This document shows, piece by piece, positions 39,648-48,246 of a DNA stretch of 64,000 nt. Location of the stretch: positions 384,001 to 448,000 of the forward strand of contig CBDCYI010000011.1 of NCBI GenBank assembly GCA_965224085.1, given 5' to 3'. The notes under the pieces are model-generated. The model searched no databases and was not told the origin of the DNA. It worked only from the letters and a program-made list of their open reading frames with translations. A program made the translations under genes and the position numbers. Numbering within the stretch: position 1 is the first letter of the stretch; each line of letters opens with the position of its first letter. The DNA comes from Candidatus Marinacidobacterales bacterium. GTDB lineage: Bacteria > Acidobacteriota > Vicinamibacteria > Marinacidobacterales > SMYC01.

Positions 39648-40432
39648 GCCGCGCACTCCTGAAAAAGCGTCTCGCCGAAGGCCCGCAAGTGAGCCCGTTT
39701 CTCGTGCTCGGCGATCCAACACCGGAGCTTTCGGTCGAGCTCGCCAAAACTGCAGTCGCGTCAGGCGCGGACATGATCGAGATCGGCTTTCCTTATGGCG
39801 ACCCCGTCGCCGACGGACCTGCCATCCAGAAGGCGGACATGCGCGCTCTCGAAGCTGGCACTTCCACGTCCAAAGCGATCGGGATCCTCGCGCGCATCCA
39901 CGAGGCCTGTCCCAAGACACCGCTCAACTTGCTCGTCTACGGAAACCTCGTTCACGCGAGAGGCTTCGAGCGCTTTTGCCAAAACGTCGTCGATGCCGGC
40001 GCCTCTTCGTTGCTCGTCCCCGATATCTGCCTCGAGGAAAGCAAACCGCTCATAAAGGCGTGCCGCCGCGCGCGCCTCGGCCACGTCCAGCTCGTTGGAC
40101 CCTTGACGTCGCCGGAGCGGCTGAAGCGGATCGATGCCGCAGCCACGAGCTTCATCTACCTCGTCGCGCATCAGGGCGTCACCGGTGTCCGAGGCGGAGG
40201 CTTCGACGATGTCGCGGCGCTCGTACAGCGAACCGCGTGGCAGTTGAAAAACCCGCTTTGCGTTGGCTTCGGTCTTTCGAAGCCGGAGCAAATTCGGCGT
40301 GTGTTCAAAGCGGGTGCGGGACTCGCGGTCGTGGGGAGCTACCTCGCCGGAGTCATCGACCAAAACGCGCGCGGCGACCATTTACTCACGGCTTTCGACG
40401 AGGCGCTCCGGCCCCTCATCGACTGGCAGTGA
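39644..40432 (+). CDS. trpA: Tryptophan synthase alpha subunit
   Basis: [24 protein letters not shown]. Confidence 0.96.
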   Translation: MSRALLKKRLAEGPQVSPFLVLGDPTPELSVELAKTAVASGADMIEIGFPYGDPVADGPAIQKADMRALEAGTSTSKAIGILARIHEACPKTPLNLLVYGNLVHARGFERFCQNVVDAGASSLLVPDICLEESKPLIKACRRARLGHVQLVGPLTSPERLKRIDAAATSFIYLVAHQGVTGVRGGGFDDVAALVQRTAWQLKNPLCVGFGLSKPEQIRRVFKAGAGLAVVGSYLAGVIDQNARGDHLLTAFDEALRPLIDWQ

Positions 40433-40458
40433 ATCGCGAAAAAAGGATTGGCCAAGAC

Positions 40459-41469
40459 ATGCTCGTCATCATGCGAAAAGGAAGTACGGAGAAAGAATGC
40501 GACGCCGTCGAAGAACAGATTCAGCGTATGGGCTATACACCTCTTCCCGTACCGGGAGAGAACCGCACCGCGATTTGCGTCACCGGGAACAAAGGCCCTG
40601 TCGACGCCGCTTTCTTGAACCAGATGCCGGGGGTGCTCGAATGTATCCCGGTGACGAAGCCTTACAAGCTCGTCAGCCGCGAGGTACATCCCGAAGACAC
40701 GATCGTTCTGGTCGGCGACCACAGCATCGGCGGCAGTAGCACGACTTTCATCGCGGGCCCATGCAGCGTCGAGACCGAATCGCGAACGCTCGCCGTTGCG
40801 CGGAAAGTGAAAGAAGCGGGCGCGCACGTATTTCGAGCCGGCGCCTATAAACCGCGAACGAGCCCTTATGCGTTTCAGGGACTGGGTGCGGAGGGTCTGC
40901 TCACGCTGAAACAAGTACGGGACGAGCTCGGTCTTCCCGTCGTTAGTGAAGTGATCGACTCGAGCCTCGCGGAGAAAGTCGCGGAGCATGTTGACATTCT
41001 GCAAGTCGGTGCGCGCAACATGCAGAATTTTGCGCTCTTGACGAAGCTTGGCGAGCTGAAACACCCCGTGCTCTTGAAGCGAGGGATGGCGGCGACCCTC
41101 GAGGAGTGGCTGATGGCTGCCGAGTATCTATTAGCCGCGGGGAACCCGAACGTCATCTTGTGCGAGCGCGGCGTCCGTACGTTCAACAATCACTCACGCA
41201 ACACCTTGGATTTGAACGTCGTGCCCCTGGCGCGAAAAATGACCCACTTGCCGGTGCTCGTGGACCCGTCGCATGGCGTGGGCAAGCGCGACCGCGTCCG
41301 ACCACTCGCGCGCGCGGCGCTCGCCTCGGGGGCGCACGGCTTGATAATGGAAGTGCATACGCACCCGGATACGGCCTATTCGGATGCGCACCAAACGATC
41401 CACGTCGAGACTTTCGCGGGCATCGTGAAGGACGCGTCGATCTTGAGCCAGCTCGTCCCTCTTTTCTGA
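40459..41469 (+). CDS. aroF: DAHP synthase type I-beta with N-terminal regulatory domain
   Basis: AGPCSVE, KPRTSPY, GARNMQN, CERG, DPSH. Confidence 0.94.
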   Translation: MLVIMRKGSTEKECDAVEEQIQRMGYTPLPVPGENRTAICVTGNKGPVDAAFLNQMPGVLECIPVTKPYKLVSREVHPEDTIVLVGDHSIGGSSTTFIAGPCSVETESRTLAVARKVKEAGAHVFRAGAYKPRTSPYAFQGLGAEGLLTLKQVRDELGLPVVSEVIDSSLAEKVAEHVDILQVGARNMQNFALLTKLGELKHPVLLKRGMAATLEEWLMAAEYLLAAGNPNVILCERGVRTFNNHSRNTLDLNVVPLARKMTHLPVLVDPSHGVGKRDRVRPLARAALASGAHGLIMEVHTHPDTAYSDAHQTIHVETFAGIVKDASILSQLVPLF

Positions 41470-41558
41470 GTAGGAAGGGGCTGACACTCGTCACCAATCG
41501 CCCCGCTCTTCCGATCCAAAAGCCGCACTCTTACGAATCTCGTCCAGATAACACCGAG

Positions 41559-42377
41559 CTACAACGAACTTCCGCAGTCCTTGCAGAACTTGGCGTCCGC
41601 CTCGTGCCCTTCGCTGGCACAGCTCGGGCAGACTTGGGTGCTCATCGACCGTTTCTTGACAGCGGACATTTCGACGCTGACGATGCCTGTCGGCACCGCG
41701 ATGATTCCGTAGCCGAGAATCATGATAAGCGACGCAAGGAGCTTTCCGGGGATGGTTTGCGGAGCGATGTCCCCATAGCCAACCGTTGTCATCGTCACCA
41801 CCGCCCAATACATGCCTTGTGGAATGCTGGTAAACCCGCTCTGCTCTCCTTCGATGAGATACATGAGGGCACCGACGATGAGAACGGCAGTCATCACCGC
41901 GCCGAGGAAGACGATGATCTTGTGGATGCTTGCGTGAAGTGCCTCTCGGAGCTCTTTGGCCTCGCCGACGAAATGTACGAGCTTCAGCACGCGAAATACC
42001 CGGAGAAGCCGTAGCGCTCGGATGACGAGGAGCGACTGCGCTCCGGTGAAGACGACGCTCAAATAAGTGGGAACGATGGCAAGAAGGTCGACGATTCCGT
42101 AGAAGCTGAATGTGTAGGCCAGCGGTCTGCCGACGCAGTAGAGCCGGAGCACGTACTCCACGGTGAAGAGGATAGTGATCGTCCATTCTGCCGCTCGGAG
42201 GGCGGCACCGTAAGCCTCGCGGACGGGGGCCACACTTTCAAGCATGACCGCAACGACGCTGGCGAGGATGAAGACGAGCAGCGCCACGTCGAACGCCTTT
42301 CCCCCGGCCGTATCTGCTTCGAAAATGACTTCGTGGAGCTTGGCTCGACGGGATGACGAGTGTGTGCTCTCGGTCAC
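41559..42377 (-). CDS. 6-TM voltage-gated-type K+ channel
   Basis: S4 RALRLLRVFRVLK; selectivity filter TTVGYGD; C-terminal CxxC pair. Confidence 0.93.
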   Translation of the reverse strand: MTESTHSSSRRAKLHEVIFEADTAGGKAFDVALLVFILASVVAVMLESVAPVREAYGAALRAAEWTITILFTVEYVLRLYCVGRPLAYTFSFYGIVDLLAIVPTYLSVVFTGAQSLLVIRALRLLRVFRVLKLVHFVGEAKELREALHASIHKIIVFLGAVMTAVLIVGALMYLIEGEQSGFTSIPQGMYWAVVTMTTVGYGDIAPQTIPGKLLASLIMILGYGIIAVPTGIVSVEMSAVKKRSMSTQVCPSCASEGHEADAKFCKDCGSSL

Positions 42378-42400
42378 GGCGCGGCTATGCTACCGCAACA

Positions 42401-42960
42401 GCAGGGTCGCCTTGGTGACACGTGGCACCTGGACGAGGTCTTCATAAAGATACAAGGCGAACGCCAATACCTCTGGCGCGCGGTAGACCAAGATGGTGAT
42501 GTGATTGATATCCTCGTCCAGCCTCGCCGTGATCAGAAAGCCGCCAAACGATTCTTCCGCAAGCTGTTGAAAGGGCAAGGCCGTCCGCCCTGGCAGCTGG
42601 TCACCGACAAACTGAGAAGCTACAGCGCCGCTCACCGCGAGGTCATGCCGTCCGTCGTCCACGACACTGACCAGTACAGAAACAACCTAGCCGAAGTCTC
42701 GCACGAACCGACGCGACAACGGGAACGACAGATGCGGAAGTTTAAAACTCCTGGGCAGGCGCAACGATTCTTGACCGTGCATGGACTCGTGCAAAACCTC
42801 TTTCGCGTCGGACGGCATTTGTTGCAAGCGCATCATCATCGGGAGCTACGAGACCGCGCTTTCATCGTCTGGCAGGAGGTAACCTGTGCCGTCCGATGAG
42901 AGCAAAGGAAATCAGCTCGACGCAATAGGTTCGCTCGCTCAACGTCAACTTGACAATACC
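42401..42960 (+). mobile_element. IS6 3' fragment (560 bp), apparently identical to the 9357-10162 copy
   Basis: Same sequence from gcagggtcgcc to the IR tcaacttgacaatacc; the left IR is absent. Confidence 0.92.
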
Positions 42961-45175
42961 GGCGAAAGTCTTCCAGGAGGAAACGCCCGACGCCGATAGC
43001 TCGATGTCGCCCACACTCACACGAGATGCTACTCGGGTTGGGGTGATCCTTGGCACCGCCGCCTATATGAGCTCGGAGCAAGCGAAGGGCAAGAAGGTCG
43101 ATAAGAGGGCGGATGTTTGGGCCTTTGGTGTAGTGCTTTATGAGATGCTTACGGGCAAGCGAGCGTTTGCGGGCGAAGACGTATCGGACACGCTTGCATA
43201 TGTGTTGACCAAAGAGCCGGATTGGACAGCGCTGCCTGGAAAGGCTCCGACTTTCGTTCGGCAGGTGTTGCGGCTTTGTGTCACGAAGGATCCGAAAGGG
43301 CGGCCACGGGACATCGGCGACGTGCGCTTGGCGATGAAGGGTGCTTTCGAGACGGCGGCGCCTTTGCCCACCGAAGCGAAGGCGCCTCCCGAGCCCAAAC
43401 TCTGGCAGCGGCCGATCCCGCTGGTGCTCGCGGGCGTGGGCTTGTGTGTCGTCGGAGGACTCGCCGTCTGGAGCTTCACGCCGGAGACGGAACGTCCGCT
43501 CGGCCGCTTCGTCGTGAGCACGTCGACCACCGATCCCTTTCTAGGCGAGCACCCGGTGCACCGTGAGCTCGCCATCTCTCCCGACGGTAGTCGCGTCGTG
43601 TACGTCACGGGTCGAGGCCCGGGCGTACAACTCTACGTGCGGCCGGTGGACCAACTCGATGGCACGGCTGGTGTGGGCGGTTTGAATTCCACCACACCGT
43701 TCTTCTCCCCTGATGGAGCCTGGCTGGGATTTTTCTCCCGCGCCGACGGAGCCTGGAAAAAAGTTTCCATTCTCGGCGGGCCGCCCGTCACCTTGTTCGA
43801 GGAGACAGCGGGGCCTCGCGGCGCCTCTTGGGGACCCGACGGTACCATCATCTTTGCACAGGGCGGCGCCGGGACCGGACTTTTCCGTGGCTCCGACGCA
43901 GGTGGGGAGTACGAGGTGCTCACCACGCCCGACGAGGCACGGGGTGAGCTGAACCACCGGTGGCCGGAGTTTTTGCCCAGCGGCCGCGCGGTTCTCTTCA
44001 CGATTGACAATGGTATTTCCGATCAGGACCGGCAAATCGCCGTCCTCGACTTGGAGACGAATGGGTACACGGTGCTCGTTCCTGGCGGTAGTCATCCCCG
44101 CTACGCATCGACGGGTCATATCGTCTACGGCGCTGGCGGCACGCTCCGTGCCGTACCGTTCGATGTCGCCCGGCTCGAGGTGACCGGCAACCCGGTGCCG
44201 GTGGTGGAGGGCGTCATGATGAAGACGTCCGGCGCCGCGAATTTCGGCCTCTCATCGACGGGCTCACTGGTGTATGCGGCAGGAGGCGGTGGGGGCTCGA
44301 CCATTGTCTCGCTGGTGTGGGTGGATCGAGACGGCAACGAAGAGCCGGTAGCCTTGGAGCCGCGACGCTACGGGGAATTCAGCCTGTCCCCCGATGGCAC
44401 GCGGGTCGCGATCCGGCTAGACGATTCAGAGGGCACTGACGTGTGGCTCTACGATCTAACGCGCGACACCTTCACGCGTCTCACATTTGATCCAGCCATG
44501 GAGACCTTTCCGACGTGGACGCCGGATGGAGCACGGGTAGCGTTCGGCTCGCTAGTTGCACCCTTGTCCTGGAAAGCCGCCGATGGTACCGGCGCAGTCG
44601 AACAGCTGGGCGAGCGGGAGTTACAGTTTCCCCAGGCGTTTACGCCCGACGGGAAGACCGTGGTCTTCACGCAGGCAAATCGGCCCAACGACGATCTTGG
44701 CTTGATGAGCTTGGACGGGGAACGGACGTCGACGCCCTTGCTCGACTCAACGTTCAACGAACGGAACGCAGCCTTGTCCCCGGACGGCCGATGGCTTGCT
44801 TACGAGTCCAACGAGTCGGGCGGGCCCTTCCCCGAAGTCAACGCCGGGCGGTGGCAGATCTCGAACGATGAGGGTCGATGGCCGGTGTGGAGCCCCAACG
44901 GAGACGAGCTGTTCTTTCGCGACCCATCGGGCGTGGTCGCGCTAACGTTCGTCACCGACCCGACGTTCACCCCGGGCGCCCTCACGCATCTGTTCGCGTG
45001 GGAGTTCGTCGGCTCACCTAATCGAAAGATGGCGGCCTCACCGGATGGGAACCGGTTCTTGATGCTCAAGAGTGCGAGCAGCGACACGGACGACGAGGAC
45101 GCGCCAGCACCGCAGATCATCCTGACGTTGAACTGGTTCGATGAGCTAAGACGCCTCGTTCCCACCGATAACTGA
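42961..45175 (+). pseudogene. Hanks-type Ser/Thr kinase + TM + PD40/TolB-like beta-propeller, 5'-truncated by IS6
   Basis: Starts just after the DFG position (AKVF...GTAAYMSSEQ...DVWAFG); repeated SPDG motifs; catalytic loop missing. Confidence 0.88.
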
Positions 45176-45306
45176 GAAAATGTTGGCTGTACTTGGGTGC
45201 GGCAGTAGGGTGTGGTGAAATTATCAGCTCCGCATGTGGTCAAGATGTGGTCACCGCGCCGCGATACCATCTGTAAATAATTGAGACACAATGAGTTAAC
45301 TTTATA

Positions 45307-45393
45307 TGGTGCCGAAGGGGGGATTCGAACCCCCACAGGTGTTACCCCATACGCCCCTCAAGCGCACGTGTCTACCAATTCCACCACTTCGGC
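45307..45393 (-). tRNA. tRNA-Leu(GAG)
   Basis: GCCGAAG...TGCGC-TTGAGGG-GCGTA, long variable arm, GGTTCGAATCC, CCA; downstream of secG. Confidence 0.96.
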
Positions 45394-45421
45394 ACTAGGA
45401 AGGTGTCCCTGAGGACGCGCC

Positions 45422-45450
45422 ATTATAAGAATGTAGAGTGGCAACTGCAA
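45422..45450 (-). promoter_or_regulatory. Sigma70 promoter of tRNA-Leu
   Basis: TTGCAG-17 bp-TATAAT. Confidence 0.75.
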
Positions 45451-45498
45451 GATTGGCCGACTGAGAGCACCCGTCGGTCCTGCCTCCCAGGCGCGACT

Positions 45499-45885
45499 TT
45501 ATTGCGGGTTCGGTGATTCGCCGTCGGGGGGCGGATCTTCTGATTCGCCGGCGTCTGCGTCGTCGGCTCCGGCTTCGGGCGTTTCGCCAGACGGTTCCCC
45601 CGCTGCCGGTTGGGAAGCTGCCGGCGTGTCCTGGATGACCGATTCCCCGGTGACCGCCGGGCGGAGGTAGCTCAGGCTGAGGGAGGTCAACATGAATAGC
45701 GCCGCCACTCCGGCGGTGATCTTGGAGAGAAGGGTGGCGGTGCCACGAGCGCCGAAGGCCGTCTGTGAACCGGTTCCACCGAAAGCACTTGCGAGATCCT
45801 GCCCTTTGCCCTGTTGCGTCAGGACGATGAGGATCAAAAACACGCTCACGAACACGTGGAGGATCGTGATGAGAATCACTAACAT
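45499..45885 (-). CDS. secG: Preprotein translocase SecG
   Basis: LIVLTQQGKGQDLASAFGG...TLLSKIT; tpiA-secG-tRNA-Leu synteny. Confidence 0.95.
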   Translation of the reverse strand: MLVILITILHVFVSVFLILIVLTQQGKGQDLASAFGGTGSQTAFGARGTATLLSKITAGVAALFMLTSLSLSYLRPAVTGESVIQDTPAASQPAAGEPSGETPEAGADDADAGESEDPPPDGESPNPQ

Positions 45886-45889
45886 TTTT

Positions 45890-46651
45890 CTACGTTCTCC
45901 GTTCGAAGCCGCAGATGCGGTTGAAGGAGTCGAGCTTTAGGCTCGCTCCTCCGACCAGGGTTCCATCGATGTCGGCCTCTGCCATGAGGTCGTCTACATT
46001 ATCTGGTTTTACGCTGCCGCCGTAAAGGAGGCGGACGGTTTCGGCGTCGTCGGTGTTGAAGAGCTTCGCGAGCTGGCCGCGGATGGATTGGTGGACTTCC
46101 TCCGCCTGCGCGGGGGTCGCGGTGCGGCCCGTGCCAATCGCCCAGATCGGCTCGTAGGCGATGACGATTCGATCAAGCTGGGTTTCGGCCACGTCTTTGA
46201 GCGCCTCTTTCACTTGGCGGTCGACGACGACGTAGGTCACACCTCGGTCGCGCTCGGCGTCGGTCTCGCCGACGCAAAGGATCGGGATGAGGTCGTGGGT
46301 CAGCGCGGCGAGCACCTTCTTGTTCGCGCTTTTGTCGGTCTCTCCGAAGAACTGGCGGCGCTCAGAGTGGCCGATGATCGCATAGTCGCAGCCGACATCC
46401 TTGAGCATGATGGGTGACACTTCGCCCGTGAACGCGCCCTCTTCTTCCCAGTACAGATTCTGGGCGCCGAGTGCGATGGGTGTGCCGCGAATTTCCTTAC
46501 GCACTTTGCTCAAGGCGGTGAAGGGCGGGGCCAGCACGATGTCCACATCATCCATGTCGCGGCAGCGTTCAACGATTCCTTGGGCGAGCTCGGTGCCCTC
46601 GCCGAGCGTCATATGCATCTTCCAGTTGGCGGCGATGATGGGTCTACGCAT
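45890..46651 (-). CDS. tpiA: Triosephosphate isomerase
   Basis: ANWKM, GHSERR, AYEPIWAIGTG, LVGGASL. Confidence 0.98.
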   Translation of the reverse strand: MRRPIIAANWKMHMTLGEGTELAQGIVERCRDMDDVDIVLAPPFTALSKVRKEIRGTPIALGAQNLYWEEEGAFTGEVSPIMLKDVGCDYAIIGHSERRQFFGETDKSANKKVLAALTHDLIPILCVGETDAERDRGVTYVVVDRQVKEALKDVAETQLDRIVIAYEPIWAIGTGRTATPAQAEEVHQSIRGQLAKLFNTDDAETVRLLYGGSVKPDNVDDLMAEADIDGTLVGGASLKLDSFNRICGFERRT

Positions 46652-47819
46652 CCGTCAATACCTCGACTCCGGGGAGCTTTTCTCCGGCGAGAAACTCGAG
46701 TGACGCGCCTCCGCCCGTCGAGATATGGGTGATGCGGTCGGCGACGCCGGCTTGGTGTACCGCGGCGACGGAATCACCGCCTCCGACCACGCTCGTTCCA
46801 TCGCTCGCGGCAACGATCTCGGCGAGCGCCATCGTTCCTTTGGCGAACGGCTCCATCTCAAAAACACCCATCGGGCCGTTCCACAGAGTCATCTTCGCGG
46901 CGCGGATGGCGTCGCCGTAGGCGGCGACGGCCTTGGGACCGATGTCCAGTCCCATCCAGCCGTCCGGGATCTCGCCGATCGGCATCGCGCGGTGCTCGGC
47001 TTCCGCGTCGAACTTCGAGGCCACGATGTGGTCGAGCGGCAGTACGAGTTTCTCGCCGGCTTCCTCGAGGAGACTTTTGGCGAGGTCGATCTTGTCTTCC
47101 TCGACGAGCGAGATCCCGGTGGGAAGTCCTTGTGCTCGTAGAAATGTGTAGGCCATCCCTCCGCCGACGAGCAAGCGATCGACTTTTTTGAGCAGCGATC
47201 GCACGACCTCGATCTTATCGGAGACTTTCGCGCCTCCGAGAATGGCTATAAATGGGCGAGGCGGATCGGTTAGCGCCATGCCGAGATAGTGGAGCTCTTT
47301 TTCCATCAGCATCCCGGCCGCCGCTTGCTCGAAATGCCGCACCATGCCCTGCGTGGACGCGTGCGCGCGATGCGCGGTGCCGAAGGCGTCGTTCACGTAG
47401 AGCTCGGCGGTCGTCGAGAGACGGCGCGCGAAGTCAGCATTGTTGTCGGTCTCGCCGGCGTAGAAGCGAAGGTTCTCGAGGAGCAGCACATCGCCATTCA
47501 CAAGCTTTCCCACTTCGGCATCGACGGCGGCGCCCACGATTTCACTGCAGAATTGCACGGGTGTGAAAAGAAGCTCCGCGATCCTCTCGGCTACCGGCGC
47601 TAGGCTCAACTCGGGGCGTCGCTTTCCTTTCGGGCGTCCTAGGTGTGAGCCGAGCACGATCCGCGCGCCCGCGTCGAGCGCGCGCTTCAGTGTCGGGAGC
47701 GTGGCTCGAATCCGTGTATCCTCTTGAACGACACCGTCTTTCAGCGGTACGTTGAAGTCCACCCGCACGAAGACGCGACGCCCTGCCATCTCTAGTGCGT
47801 CCATCGTGAGTTTCTTCAT
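46644..47819 (-). CDS. pgk: Phosphoglycerate kinase
   Basis: RVDFNVP, SHLGRP, NDAFGTAHRAH, STGGGASLE. Confidence 0.98.
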   Translation of the reverse strand: MKKLTMDALEMAGRRVFVRVDFNVPLKDGVVQEDTRIRATLPTLKRALDAGARIVLGSHLGRPKGKRRPELSLAPVAERIAELLFTPVQFCSEIVGAAVDAEVGKLVNGDVLLLENLRFYAGETDNNADFARRLSTTAELYVNDAFGTAHRAHASTQGMVRHFEQAAAGMLMEKELHYLGMALTDPPRPFIAILGGAKVSDKIEVVRSLLKKVDRLLVGGGMAYTFLRAQGLPTGISLVEEDKIDLAKSLLEEAGEKLVLPLDHIVASKFDAEAEHRAMPIGEIPDGWMGLDIGPKAVAAYGDAIRAAKMTLWNGPMGVFEMEPFAKGTMALAEIVAASDGTSVVGGGDSVAAVHQAGVADRITHISTGGGASLEFLAGEKLPGVEVLTDA

Positions 47820-47921
47820 CGCCAGGCAAACGTTGATTATAGCTTATCGAGCCTACCGACAGATTGCGGTCTCGGTAGCACACCCGCAAAAGATTTTTGC
47901 TATACTCCCCGCGACAGACAG

Positions 47922-48099
47922 GCTCAGGTGCCCGAATGGTTCGGATAAAAGGGAATGGGGTGAGAAGCCCCAACGGCCCACGCCACTGTAAGCGGAAAGC
48001 CTAAGTCCACGCGAAGCGATTGGCAGCCACTCTCGGCGCGATGCCCGGGGGGAAGGCGGACGGAAGGCGCGGATCCGTGAGTCAGGAAACCTGCCCGAG
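47922..48099 (+). promoter_or_regulatory. Cobalamin riboswitch
   Basis: aggtgc...aaaagggaa-ggtgagaa-cc...gccactgtaa...gccact...gggaagg...gagtcaggaaacctgcc (B12 box); upstream of btuB; extended -10 TGcTATACT at 47898-47906. Confidence 0.93.
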
Positions 48100-48155
48100 T
48101 CGAGAAGTCGGGGTGCTCTTCGGTGGGAAGAGCCCGGTTTCGAGGCAGGCTCAGC

Positions 48156-48193
48156 GAAACTTCTCGTCCACCGAAGGCGAGAAGTTTTTTCTT
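48156..48193 (+). terminator. Riboswitch expression-platform terminator
   Basis: aaacttctcg...cgagaagttt followed by a T tract. Confidence 0.8.
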
Positions 48194-48246
48194 GCCTTCA
48201 GTGTCGCCTGCTATCGAGACTCGCAGTGTTGACTGGGAGGTCTCAG

